From IMG/VR virus record IMGVR_UViG_3300033148_003082, positions 1-60,193 of that record: a stretch of 60,193 bases of DNA; one strand, given 5' to 3'. The position numbers were made by a program, and so were the translations under genes. This DNA is from a virus. Lineage: Duplodnaviria; Caudoviricetes. Within the stretch, counting starts at the first letter, position 1; the number at the start of each line of letters is the position of its first letter. The notes beneath the pieces were generated by a model. It worked only from the letters and a program-made list of their open reading frames with translations. It made no database searches and was not told where the DNA came from. Below are positions 1 through 9,971 of the stretch, piece after piece.

Positions 1-2
1 GA

Positions 3-1292
3 CAATACGATGAACCAATAATTAGTGTTATTATTCCAGTAGGCCCTGGACATGGCGATATCTTGGTTGATGCTTTAGACAGCTTGGAAGCACAAACGTT
101 CAGGAAGTGGGAAGCGATTGTTGTTTTTGACAGTCCGGAGAAAGTTGAATTTTATAAAGAGGCTTACCCTTATCTCAAAACAATTATAAACGATTCAGGT
201 AAACCAAAGGGTGCTGGGTGGGCAAGAAATAAAGGCGTTGAACTTGCCAAGTCCGGACTTATTATTTTCCTTGACGCTGATGATTGGTTGCGTCCTGAAG
301 CACTTGACAGACTTTTGTTTGAATGGACAGAAACAGGTGGCATTATTTACTCTGATTATGTAGCTAAAGGGAAAATGACTGCACAAGATGCTAAGAATTT
401 CAAAAAGCGGCTTTTACATTTTGATAAAAAGAAAGAGGAAGGTACTGTCAAGTTTAAGGGGTTGGATTACAATTGTGAAAAGGCGCAGGAACAACCAAAA
501 GATATTGACAAGCCCTACATTTGGAATTTGATTACTTCCCTTCTACCTATTGAATATCATAAAGAAATAGGCGGATTTGACGAAAAGATGGAATCGTGGG
601 AAGATTGGGATTACTGGTTGCGAATGGCAAAGGCCGGAAAGTGCTTTTATCGCGTTGCGGAAGAGTTAGTGCTTTACCGTTTTTATACAGGAACCCGGAG
701 ATCAAGGGGCAGGGAAATTGGAAAAGATTTAACGAAATATCTAAAGAAGAAATACAAAGGAATTGAAAACATGGGCTGCGATTGTACGAAACTGGCAAAA
801 AAGATGGCTAATAGTCGATTGAAAATTTCAGAAGATGGGACAGCTACCTATAGGAGTAATGTTGATATGGAAGATGAAAACTATTTATTAATTCGTTACG
901 ATCACTCAAGTCGAGGGCAACACAGAGTATATGGTCCAAAAACTAACCAATTCTATGGATATCATGGATCGGGTGCGGAATTCTATGTTCACAAAGATGA
1001 TATTGTTCTTAACCCTAAAGTTTTTGTACCCATAACAAAAACCGATCCGACACCTAAAAGAAAAATACAGGAAATAGAACCACCAAAACCTATCAAAAAA
1101 CAGGAAGAGAAAACCAAAAGAGTTGGTGATATAACCAATATCCCTGGTGTAAGCAGCAGAATTGCCGCTGAAATGAACGCTATGGGAATCCACACCTGTG
1201 AGGACTTCTCCGGAGTTGACGTTGTGGATTTGATGACAATAAAAGGCGTAGGTGAGGCAACGGCAGCCAAAATCCTTGAATATGCAAAATAG
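3..1292 (+). CDS. Family 2 glycosyltransferase with C-terminal helix-hairpin-helix domain (5' end outside window)
   Basis: The frame is open from base 3 (QYDEPIISVIIPVGPGH, the GT2 N-terminal strand). It carries GWARNKG, FLDADD (DxD) and GGFDE..WEDWDYWLR motifs. The C-terminus has tandem HhH motifs (IPGVSSRIA, IKGVGEATA). Confidence 0.88.
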   Translation, partial: QYDEPIISVIIPVGPGHGDILVDALDSLEAQTFRKWEAIVVFDSPEKVEFYKEAYPYLKTIINDSGKPKGAGWARNKGVELAKSGLIIFLDADDWLRPEALDRLLFEWTETGGIIYSDYVAKGKMTAQDAKNFKKRLLHFDKKKEEGTVKFKGLDYNCEKAQEQPKDIDKPYIWNLITSLLPIEYHKEIGGFDEKMESWEDWDYWLRMAKAGKCFYRVAEELVLYRFYTGTRRSRGREIGKDLTKYLKKKYKGIENMGCDCTKLAKKMANSRLKISEDGTATYRSNVDMEDENYLLIRYDHSSRGQHRVYGPKTNQFYGYHGSGAEFYVHKDDIVLNPKVFVPITKTDPTPKRKIQEIEPPKPIKKQEEKTKRVGDITNIPGVSSRIAAEMNAMGIHTCEDFSGVDVVDLMTIKGVGEATAAKILEYAK

Positions 1293-1305
1293 GCAATCGT
1301 TGACA
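1291..1305. promoter_or_regulatory. Copy of a 15-bp imperfect palindrome TG(G/T)CAAT(C/G)ATTG(A/C)CA, candidate operator
   Basis: AGGCAATCGTTGACA; other copies at 15730, 28640, 35058 and 44459, mostly intergenic. Confidence 0.55.
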
Positions 1306-1320
1306 CTACGATTGTAATGG

Positions 1321-1349
1321 TTGCATTTATTCTCTAACTGTGCTAAAAT
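1321..1349 (+). promoter_or_regulatory. Sigma70-type promoter
   Basis: TTGCAT-17 nt-TAAAAT with an extended TG, upstream of the structural operon. Confidence 0.5.
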
Positions 1350-1425
1350 TGGCTTGATAAATAAATAGCAAGACTGTCCTACTGGCAGATTACGAGCAGA
1401 AGCTCGGAGTCTGTCTTTTGTATTT

Positions 1426-1743
1426 ATGGAAACTTTATTGCTGATGCCTTTCGCTGTGTGGAGATTAACCAACTTGCTGGTTAGTGAAGAGGGACCTTCT
1501 GGCATTTTGGATTTGTTTCGCCACAAAATTGGTATCAGATACAATGAACGGGCAGTTGCGTATGGTGAGAATGTTGTAGCAGAAGCGCTTTCCTGTTTTT
1601 GGTGTGCGTCAGTTTGGACAGGGTTTCTATTCGTAATAATGTATGCCTTGTTCCCCAAAGTGACTTTTTGGGTTGAGTTGCCCCTTGCTATGAGCGCAAT
1701 TGCTATATTGATTAATGGATTAATAAGTTATGGCAAGAGCTAG
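1426..1743 (+). CDS. DUF1360-like membrane protein
   Basis: WRLTNLLVSEEGP...LSCFWCASVW motif plus hydrophobic helices. Confidence 0.7.
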   Translation: METLLLMPFAVWRLTNLLVSEEGPSGILDLFRHKIGIRYNERAVAYGENVVAEALSCFWCASVWTGFLFVIMYALFPKVTFWVELPLAMSAIAILINGLISYGKS

Positions 1744-3034
1744 AACTCAAACACTTTTATCGCTTGATGGTTTTGCCAGAGAATTAGGCATTAATCCCCT
1801 GCATTTTAATGGTGGAGTTACACCAAGTCTTGATATTCCAGTTTTTGAAGGTGGTGGATGCAGCGATATCTGGCCGCAATACGCTTGGCAGGATGCAGAC
1901 AGGGTAAGCAGAGAGCATTTAGCCATGAAAATACATAACGCAGAAATAGAAATCGCTAACTTGGTGGGTTTTTTCCCGGCGCCAATCTGGATTGAACAGG
2001 AAGTGCACAATTACCCCAGGCCGTATCCGAGAGAAGGTTATGGAAACGGGACAAATGTTAGAGGCTCAGTCAAGGGAATAAAGACAGATTACGGAAAATA
2101 TATCTCCGGAGGTCGACGGAATTTTATTGAGGTTGGAGAAGCAACTGTTGCTGGACTAGAATTAGTATATACAGACGACGATGACGATGATTTTTACGAA
2201 ACTGCTACAATAACACTTGAAATTCCAGCTGGCGTTCCAGCCAGTCCAGAAGTTTGCAATTTCAAAGTATTTTTTGATGGACAAACAGATCCTGAATGGG
2301 AAATCAGATACCCAAATACTTTTGAAATAGTAGGCGATGACATAGTATTGACTTTTGATTCTTGGTTATTTATTGATCCTGATGAGCAAGAAGGATACCC
2401 AACAGGAGATGGGTTTAGTGGAATTGATGTGTCCACAATAAACAATTTTGTTGACACTGTTGATGTTTATTATGTTTATAACGATATGGCTCAAGCGAGT
2501 GCACAGTTTATATGGGAAAGCGGATCTTCCCTTTCTTGTGATATCTGTGGGGGGCTGGGATGCGAGGCTTGCGCAATGGTTACACAAGATGGATGTGTGC
2601 AGGCAAGCATGATGGAAGATGGAATTGTTCGTCCAACGCCAGGCATATACGATGAAGATGATGCGACATGGGATATTACCAGTTTTACAGAAAACGTTGA
2701 ACCCGATATGGTAAAGCTTTGGTATTATTCTGGAGAACAGTCACAAGAGTTTGTGAAAGGAAGAACCTGTGATCCTTTATCTCGTTTTTGGGCTGATCTA
2801 ATCGCTGCTTTAGTGTGTTCAAGATTGAAAAGGAATTTATGTGATTGTCCAAGCATAAAAAACACGGTGGAATATTGGCAGAAAGATTTAGCGAAACTTG
2901 AAACAAATGTTAGTTATTTCCAAAATGACGACATTCAAAATTCGCCATTTGGAACAACAAGAGGAGAGGTGTATGCTTGGAAAAAAATTCAACACTTTGT
3001 TCCTAAAAAGAAGTTCGGGTTTGCCGTAATATGA
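1730..3034 (+). CDS. Putative head-tail adaptor / virion structural protein
   Basis: Acidic 434-aa ORF upstream of the tail tube gene; call based on position. Confidence 0.45.
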   Translation: MARARTQTLLSLDGFARELGINPLHFNGGVTPSLDIPVFEGGGCSDIWPQYAWQDADRVSREHLAMKIHNAEIEIANLVGFFPAPIWIEQEVHNYPRPYPREGYGNGTNVRGSVKGIKTDYGKYISGGRRNFIEVGEATVAGLELVYTDDDDDDFYETATITLEIPAGVPASPEVCNFKVFFDGQTDPEWEIRYPNTFEIVGDDIVLTFDSWLFIDPDEQEGYPTGDGFSGIDVSTINNFVDTVDVYYVYNDMAQASAQFIWESGSSLSCDICGGLGCEACAMVTQDGCVQASMMEDGIVRPTPGIYDEDDATWDITSFTENVEPDMVKLWYYSGEQSQEFVKGRTCDPLSRFWADLIAALVCSRLKRNLCDCPSIKNTVEYWQKDLAKLETNVSYFQNDDIQNSPFGTTRGEVYAWKKIQHFVPKKKFGFAVI

Positions 3035-3327
3035 AAAAAATTATATTTGAAGACGAAGAAGGATTTAAGCACAGGAAAATCATTAAAGATAATGATCCAC
3101 CTAGCATGTCAAAATATGGAATTCCTGACGGGCCGCCCGATCTAAAGCAGTTAGATATGGCTCATATATTAAAAGAGATAAATAACAACTTGGTAGCTAA
3201 TGAATTGTTTGCGTGGGATGATGTTCAAAGATTCTCTGGTGGAATCAATGCAGCGGTAAACATTTTCAGGCGAGCGATTGTTGATCTTTACAGAATAGAA
3301 AATAGAGATAAAAAGGAAAGGAGTTAA
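3031..3327 (+). CDS. Hypothetical protein (head-tail region)
   Basis: ATGA overlap with the upstream gene; operon context. Confidence 0.6.
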   Translation: MKKIIFEDEEGFKHRKIIKDNDPPSMSKYGIPDGPPDLKQLDMAHILKEINNNLVANELFAWDDVQRFSGGINAAVNIFRRAIVDLYRIENRDKKERS

Positions 3328-3329
3328 CT

Positions 3330-4853
3330 ATGGGTAGTCAAACCCCCCTAAAAACTGGACAGTCAAGAGTCTTTCTACTTGAAGGACGGGCTGGACCAAC
3401 TACTGAACCCAGTTACGAATCTCAACTTCGTATGACTGGGGCAAGTCAAGGCTTTGGTGATGAGGAAAAAATCGAAGCCCCGGATCCGTTGAATTACGGA
3501 AAATTCATTGAAGTTGCCACAATCAAAGGTGCTGCCGAGCGTGTTTCAACTTCTCTCGAAGGAAGATACGCCAGGGATCTTTTATCAAAACTTCTGAGAT
3601 TAGCCCAGCAGGGATGTGCCTACGATTTGCAGCTTCATCTTGGCGCTTGCACAGATCCTCAGAATTTTAATGAATTCTCAAAAGCCCTCATATTGGAAAA
3701 GGCTTCAAACACATCTTGGAATACAGATGATTTGGGTGCCTTGAGTTCAGATGAGAACGCAGGAGTAAACGAAAACGCCGACGTGTCAGCAAAAAACATT
3801 TACGAAGTCTTGCCCTTGACTTTGCAAAAACAAGCAAGTGCTACGATCACAAACGAGATAGTTGATGTTACTTATTGTGACAGCATCGGTTGTGGAGATT
3901 GTGAAAACGAAAGCGATGGATGCTCTAAGGCATATGCCATTACCAAGTGTGCTGGCGGATCGCCTGGTACTCCCGCAGATGTAGTATACACCGAGGACGG
4001 ATTTGAAAATGTTTATGCTCACGATATTGACACTTTAGGAGTGGCAGAAGATCCTACTGGATTAGATTGTGTTGGCGATTACCTCGTTGTGGTTTCTAAC
4101 GATTCCGCAAGTTTGCACTATGAGGAACTCAGTGATTTCAAAGGTGGCTTAGATCCTGTGTTTGTAGAAAGTACAACTGGATTTGTAGCTGGCGGCGAGC
4201 CCAACGACATTTTCTCTACTGGAAGAAAAGCTTTCATTGTTGGCGATTCCGGGTATGTTTACAAAACCACCGATCCTACAGCCGGTGTATCTGTAATTGA
4301 TGCTGGCGAAGCAACTGTAGACGATCTTTACAGAGTTCATGCAATCTCTGAAGAGTTTGCAGTCGCGGTTGGTGAAAATGGGGCTGTTATTTATACAGAA
4401 AATGGATCAGCTTGGGGCGCGGTTACCACTCGCCCTGTTGGAGTTGGCGTAGACCTAAATACTGTTTTCGTGAAAGACGAAAGCGAATGGTGGGTTGGCT
4501 CAAGTGGTGGACAGCTTTTTTACACCCTTGACAAAGGTGAAACGTGGTCAGAAAAGACTTTCTCCGGATCTGGGTCTGGTGAAGTTCACGATATAGTCTT
4601 TGCTACTGACAGTATTGCGTATTTGTCTCATGCTACAGATACACCTTCTGGACGGATTCTCCGCAGTTACAATGGGGGATATTCCTGGAAGGTTCTTCCC
4701 GAATCCACAGGAGTAATTCCTGTAAACGACCGTGTTAATCGTTTAGCAGTGTGCTCCACCGCAGCGTTACAGAATTCTGCCAATCATATACTTGGTGGCG
4801 GGCTTGCAGATAATGGAACAGATGGCTACCTTGTTTATGGACAGCCGGCATAA
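3330..4853 (+). CDS. Putative major tail (tube) protein with C-terminal BNR/YCF48-like beta-propeller
   Basis: Lies immediately before the tail chaperone and tape measure genes. Asp-box repeats YTEDGFEN, YTENGSAW, YTLDKGETW, RSYNGGYSW. Confidence 0.65.
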   Translation: MGSQTPLKTGQSRVFLLEGRAGPTTEPSYESQLRMTGASQGFGDEEKIEAPDPLNYGKFIEVATIKGAAERVSTSLEGRYARDLLSKLLRLAQQGCAYDLQLHLGACTDPQNFNEFSKALILEKASNTSWNTDDLGALSSDENAGVNENADVSAKNIYEVLPLTLQKQASATITNEIVDVTYCDSIGCGDCENESDGCSKAYAITKCAGGSPGTPADVVYTEDGFENVYAHDIDTLGVAEDPTGLDCVGDYLVVVSNDSASLHYEELSDFKGGLDPVFVESTTGFVAGGEPNDIFSTGRKAFIVGDSGYVYKTTDPTAGVSVIDAGEATVDDLYRVHAISEEFAVAVGENGAVIYTENGSAWGAVTTRPVGVGVDLNTVFVKDESEWWVGSSGGQLFYTLDKGETWSEKTFSGSGSGEVHDIVFATDSIAYLSHATDTPSGRILRSYNGGYSWKVLPESTGVIPVNDRVNRLAVCSTAALQNSANHILGGGLADNGTDGYLVYGQPA

Positions 4854-4900
4854 AAAACCTATTTAAAGTTTAGTTAGCTCCGAACTGGAGGATAAAGAAA

Positions 4901-5470
4901 ATGAATACAGAAAAGAAAGAAGTAGCTCAAGTGGCACTTATTGAAGAAAACGTAGAGGCCGCGGAAGCAGTTCTTGCATCGGCTAGGCAGTCTCAATTAC
5001 CTGAAGACGGCATTATTAAAAAAAATGGTCTAAGTATCAGGATTGAGCCTGTTCCTATTAACTTGTTAGATGATGTTACGTCAAGAATCAAGGACCCAAA
5101 ACCCCCGATGGTTTTTATCAAGGACAAAGATAGAGATGAGCCGAATCCTGATGATCCAGATTATCTTGCGGCATTGGAAGATGCTGAAAACATTAGGAAC
5201 CGTGCCGCGATGGACGCTATGGTTTTGTTCGGTATTGATTTAATCGATGGTCTCCCGGAAAATGAAAACTGGATAAAAAAGCTCGAATATTTGGTGCGAT
5301 TGGATAGATTGGATCTTTCTAATTACGATCTCAAGGATGAGCTTGACAAAGAATTTTTGTATAAGCGATACATTATTGCTGACGCAGAAGTTATCCGGTT
5401 GATTACAGAGGCTAGTGGGGTTTCTCCAAAGGAGATTGAATCTCTGGAAAAATCCTTTCCAGATAACTAA
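4901..5470 (+). CDS. Tail assembly chaperone (G-like)
   Basis: Strong RBS GGAGG; sits between the tail tube and tape measure genes. Confidence 0.7.
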   Translation: MNTEKKEVAQVALIEENVEAAEAVLASARQSQLPEDGIIKKNGLSIRIEPVPINLLDDVTSRIKDPKPPMVFIKDKDRDEPNPDDPDYLAALEDAENIRNRAAMDAMVLFGIDLIDGLPENENWIKKLEYLVRLDRLDLSNYDLKDELDKEFLYKRYIIADAEVIRLITEASGVSPKEIESLEKSFPDN

Positions 5471-5717
5471 GCATGGTTTTCCAATAAGCCAAGCAAGTTT
5501 GAAAAACAAAATCAATCCTGGTATATCATCAGGAATGAGATTTAGGGAGCTAAGAGCGGCTAATTGGGCAGGAGCTACCCTAGATGAGCTATTTAAGTGG
5601 GAGAATAACGAATATCCTCTCAAATTTAAAGCTCTAGTTGTGGCCTTATACAACATGGCCCATTTAGTTGATGCTCATGTTGAAGATGAGAAAGCTAAGA
5701 AAATAGAAAGGTCTTAG
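5415..5717 (+). CDS. Tail assembly chaperone extension (T-like), probably reached by frameshift
   Basis: Overlapping +1-frame ORF that ends 1 nt before the tape measure start; no convincing RBS of its own. Confidence 0.6.
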   Translation: MGFLQRRLNLWKNPFQITKHGFPISQASLKNKINPGISSGMRFRELRAANWAGATLDELFKWENNEYPLKFKALVVALYNMAHLVDAHVEDEKAKKIERS

Positions 5718-5718
5718 A

Positions 5719-8700
5719 ATGGCGAATACCGAGAAAACTGGCGTAACTTTTGTAGCAGAAGATATAAAGAAATATATCAAAGCTTTTGCCGACGCCAATA
5801 AAGCAATAAACGAAAACATCAAAAAGATGCAGGAACTTGTTGATGCCAACAAGGACGCCGAAAAAAGCCAAAAAAGCCTTGTTCAACTAATTGGCAAAAT
5901 GGCTGCGGGAATGAAATCAGGCGTTAGTGCAATCTTGGGATTTGCTGGTGCCATTACAGGTTTTTTGGGAAAAGCTTTAAATGTTATATTAACTCCCATA
6001 AAACTTTTTGTAGGATCATTGCGTCGAGTATTAGAAATAGCAGGTGGATTCTTGCTCCGTGATGCTATTCAAGCACTCTCTGGTCTCCTAAACGATATGC
6101 AAAGAGAGTTAATGCAAGCTGCTGCTGATTTTGAGCAATTAGGAATCAGAATGCAGATAATGATTTCCAGGTCCGCAAGACTTTCCGGGCAAATAGAAGA
6201 TGTGGCTCAGGCGTTTGTTACGGCAGAAGGGCCAGCTAACAGAATGCTTAAATGGGTACAAGACATGGCATTAATGGCTCCGATTTCCCCAGATGCTATT
6301 ACAAATACCCTTACTTTTGCTCAAACAATGAATATGACACAAGAAGGGGCAATGAGCCTCACCGAATCTATTCTTCAATTCACAACCGCTATGGGGTTTA
6401 GTTCAGAGGTTACAGAGCGCATTATTGTCAACCTTTTGCAGATGGAGAAACAAGGTAAAATAACAGGTCGCGAAATGACTGACTTGGCTCGTGGCGCAAT
6501 GGTTCCAGTTAATGATATATTGAAAGATATCGCAAGTAGAATGGGGATATCAACAGAAAAATGGGGAAGTTTTATAAAAGAGGTACAGGCTGGACGAATA
6601 CCTGTTGAAGAATTTATAACCTCTTTCAAAATAGTTATTGGTCGTGACTTTCCAGAAGCGTTTGAAAGAATGGGGAAAACACTGAAAGGGTCTATTCAAT
6701 TATTAAAGAACTTTGCAAAGGTGGTTATTGGGTGGAGAGTTTTAGGTCCTGTCGCAAAAGAGATTGGAAAAATTATAGGGGGACTGGTAGAGAAATTATC
6801 CACGCCGGAAAACATAAAGAAAGCCGCTGCTATTGGTGAGGTAATAAGAAAATCATTTTTGGCCATAAAGGAATCGGTAGCAGGCCTATTAAAAGCATTT
6901 GCTGGATTAGCAAGAGCTTTTGGCATAGCAAAAGATCCAGCGTTGGCTTTAGCACAAGCAATTATTACTGTTGCCGCTTTTATTAAAGTTGGCGTTGAAC
7001 GAATAACAAAATTTATAAATACCCTTACAGGCAAGACTGAGGAAGAATTTGAAGATTCTTCTAAGTCAGCTTTGAGTTGGGGAAGAGATTTTATAATAAA
7101 CTTTGCTGATGGAATGGCGAAGGCTATATCTTTTGTTTTAAGCGTAATTGCGCAAATCGGAAATATACTAAAGGTTTGGTTTAAGCCTACCTCACCTCCT
7201 AAAATCGCTCCCAATCTTGACAAATGGGGCGCACAGGCCATGACTGAATATATGAAAGGTTGGCTAAAGGCAGACTTTTCGGTATTCAACGAGATTGCGG
7301 GACTTATAGAAAGTTTTATAAGATCGCTTCCCACTGATGTTCTTCCCGAAACAGGTATTATTTCGTCTATTTTGGGCACTCGTCAATCTATAAAAAATGC
7401 AATTGAACTTGTAAAAAAGACTGGCGAAGTTACAGAAGCCATGGTTAATAAGGTTGTAAAATCTATACCTAATGCTACTAACGCATTTAGAGAATACGTC
7501 CGCGTTACTTTGAAATTAGCCGATGCTCAATCTGATCTTGACAAAGCATTAATTAAACAAAAAAAGGTACAAGGTGAGATAAATCGGATCAATGACCATT
7601 ATAGCAACATTTTAGACGAGTTGAACAAGAAGCTTCAAAGAAACACACAAATATTTAACGATCAGAACGAGTTGAAGAAAATTAATGCCGCTCTTACGTC
7701 TGGACTTTTGACAGAGGAAGAGAAAGCACGACTAGAGGTCAAGAAAAAGGACATTCAGCTTAGAGAACAAATTAGAACAGTTGAGGATCAAAGAGATGCC
7801 GAACTAGAAGTGCAGAACGCAAAGATGGCAGTTATTAGTGCGGAAATGTTAGCTGCCCAAAAGCGTGTCGATATTCTAAAAGAACAAAAAGAATCGCAAG
7901 AGGCCCTAATTCGATCTCAGATTAAATACAACAATTTAATCAAAGAACAAGCTAGTTTGTTGCTGAAAGGTGCTGGTGGCGGAGACGACGACGGATTTAG
8001 TCTTCCTGTTCCCGCTATACAAGATTTGACCGATTTCATGGAAGATATAGAGCAGTTTGACTTTGAAGGGATGTTTACAGAGGCTGAAGAAAATATCAAT
8101 TTACTCTTTGACGAAATTGGAGAAAAGTTTGGAGGAATGGAAGAATCGTTGAATGAAGTCAAAGAGGCTTGGAATGGCTTTTTTGGAGAGGCCGGATCAG
8201 GCGCGCAAATGGCGGCGGACATTGTGCTTATAATCGGCACAATTGCTAATCTTATTAGAGTTTTTCAAGACACACAAGATTCTGCATCAAAGTTGATAGT
8301 GACATTTCAGTTATTGCCACTGTCTATAAAAATCGAGATTGACAACATAATACATGACATTATTTCATTTAAAGATTTCATAGTTGATACCTTTACCTTT
8401 ATTTATAATTTCCTTGTTGGGGAATCTATTATTCCAGACTTGATGAGCGAAATGAAATCCATTATTTCTGGTGGGTTAGACTTCATCAAGGGAAAATTTG
8501 TTGCCGTGAAAGACAATGTGGTTGGAACAGTACAAGACATGGCTGACAATATAAAATCAAGTATAACAAGCTCTTTCCAAACAGCCAAATCCAAGGCTGC
8601 TGCATTTGCCTCTGATATTAGGGGTATATGGGCTGGGCTAAAGAATAAGTTAGTTGACCATTCAATTGTTCCAGACATGATGAGAGATATAGAGGCCTCA

Positions 8701-8979
8701 ATATCCTCCGGATTGAATAGAAGCACAGATCATATGAGAGCATGGGCTGCCACCGCGGTCAAAAACACACAAATGGCTTCGCAAGGAATAGCTGGAGCAG
8801 TCTCTATTGTTCAATCACAAGCACGTCAAGCGGTTCCACAGGCAACGATTGCTCAGCCATCCGCGGTAACAAACAACAGAACCACAAATGTTACGGTAAA
8901 CGCAAATTATCAACGTCAACAGTCGCCAGCTGATATTAACATGGATGTTCAGGCGGCATTGGTAGCTTCGCAATTATGA
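5719..8979 (+). CDS. Tape measure protein
   Basis: 1086 aa, Ala/Gly/Ile-rich helical, tape-measure domain (QMEKQGKITGREM), coiled coil. Confidence 0.92.
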   Translation: MANTEKTGVTFVAEDIKKYIKAFADANKAINENIKKMQELVDANKDAEKSQKSLVQLIGKMAAGMKSGVSAILGFAGAITGFLGKALNVILTPIKLFVGSLRRVLEIAGGFLLRDAIQALSGLLNDMQRELMQAAADFEQLGIRMQIMISRSARLSGQIEDVAQAFVTAEGPANRMLKWVQDMALMAPISPDAITNTLTFAQTMNMTQEGAMSLTESILQFTTAMGFSSEVTERIIVNLLQMEKQGKITGREMTDLARGAMVPVNDILKDIASRMGISTEKWGSFIKEVQAGRIPVEEFITSFKIVIGRDFPEAFERMGKTLKGSIQLLKNFAKVVIGWRVLGPVAKEIGKIIGGLVEKLSTPENIKKAAAIGEVIRKSFLAIKESVAGLLKAFAGLARAFGIAKDPALALAQAIITVAAFIKVGVERITKFINTLTGKTEEEFEDSSKSALSWGRDFIINFADGMAKAISFVLSVIAQIGNILKVWFKPTSPPKIAPNLDKWGAQAMTEYMKGWLKADFSVFNEIAGLIESFIRSLPTDVLPETGIISSILGTRQSIKNAIELVKKTGEVTEAMVNKVVKSIPNATNAFREYVRVTLKLADAQSDLDKALIKQKKVQGEINRINDHYSNILDELNKKLQRNTQIFNDQNELKKINAALTSGLLTEEEKARLEVKKKDIQLREQIRTVEDQRDAELEVQNAKMAVISAEMLAAQKRVDILKEQKESQEALIRSQIKYNNLIKEQASLLLKGAGGGDDDGFSLPVPAIQDLTDFMEDIEQFDFEGMFTEAEENINLLFDEIGEKFGGMEESLNEVKEAWNGFFGEAGSGAQMAADIVLIIGTIANLIRVFQDTQDSASKLIVTFQLLPLSIKIEIDNIIHDIISFKDFIVDTFTFIYNFLVGESIIPDLMSEMKSIISGGLDFIKGKFVAVKDNVVGTVQDMADNIKSSITSSFQTAKSKAAAFASDIRGIWAGLKNKLVDHSIVPDMMRDIEASISSGLNRSTDHMRAWAATAVKNTQMASQGIAGAVSIVQSQARQAVPQATIAQPSAVTNNRTTNVTVNANYQRQQSPADINMDVQAALVASQL

Positions 8980-9959
8980 CTAATCGAAAACAGAGATTGA
9001 TTGAATTTGACAGATTTATAGCAAGTGATGGAACGGAATATCCTTTAACTGACGGTATTAACCGTTTCGTTATGTCATTCTCTGGATACGGGATGCCTCC
9101 TATTGATTATATTACCCAGCGAGGACCTTATCAACAAGGGGAAACTGTACTAGATTACAGAATTCAACCAAGAACCCTGCAATTAATTTATCGAGAAGAT
9201 GCTTGCTCGCGTGAAGAATATTGGAACAACCGGGCTGGATTATTAAACGCTATTAGACCTAATAGGCACATTATAAATCAGGTCTCTACAGGAGTGTTAA
9301 GAAAGATTTTGCCCGATGGATCTAAACGAGACATCAATGTTTTTATTTCAAAAGGGCCTTCTTTCGAGGCGGGAAATATAAGCCAGTGGGATGAATGGGC
9401 TTTTACAGAAACACTTAGATTTATCGCACACGATCCATTTTTTTATGATCCTGTAACAAATAATGAAGAAGTTGTCTTGTCTGGAATTAATGATCATCTA
9501 ACTTTTGAGGCAGACGGGGTAGGCTCAGAGGACTTAATATTTTACGATGGAATTGATGGTGTAGGGCTTTTATTTGAATCTGATTTGGTCAGTGATGATT
9601 TGATAATCACCTACGAAGGAACGTGGCCTTGTTTTCCAACTATTCAAATTACTGGACCTCTTAATGTTCCTGTTATTACAAATGAGGCAACGGGCGAAGT
9701 TATAAAATTGAATTATCATGTTCCAAGCGACGCGATAGTGACCATTTCTCTTGCTTGCGGAAATAAAACAGTAATTGATGATGATGACGTGAGCAGAATC
9801 GGATTAGTTGATGAGAACGTAAGCGATTTGGCAACTTTTCATATAGAACCCGCGCCTGGCGCAGTGGGTGGAATAAACACAATTAATGTTACTGGGTCTG
9901 GTGCAACAGATAACACACAAATTATTATCTCTTATAACACTCGTTATATAGGGATTTAG
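8976..9959 (+). CDS. Distal tail protein (Dit-like)
   Basis: Follows the tape measure gene; GYGMPP, PRTLQL, LRFIAHDPFFYD and YEGTWPCFPTIQITGP motifs. Confidence 0.8.
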   Translation: MTNRKQRLIEFDRFIASDGTEYPLTDGINRFVMSFSGYGMPPIDYITQRGPYQQGETVLDYRIQPRTLQLIYREDACSREEYWNNRAGLLNAIRPNRHIINQVSTGVLRKILPDGSKRDINVFISKGPSFEAGNISQWDEWAFTETLRFIAHDPFFYDPVTNNEEVVLSGINDHLTFEADGVGSEDLIFYDGIDGVGLLFESDLVSDDLIITYEGTWPCFPTIQITGPLNVPVITNEATGEVIKLNYHVPSDAIVTISLACGNKTVIDDDDVSRIGLVDENVSDLATFHIEPAPGAVGGINTINVTGSGATDNTQIIISYNTRYIGI

Positions 9960-9971
9960 GAGTAAAATATC

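Noticed and set aside
906-1658. 250-aa minus-strand ORF and other antisense ORFs (e.g. 6696..7379, 18808..19236, 34801..35016, 35341..35553)
   Set aside because: They shadow well-supported genes or RNAs and have no RBS or motifs.
5446-5452. -1 slippery site GGAAAAA
   Set aside because: The -1 frame reaches TAA within a few codons.
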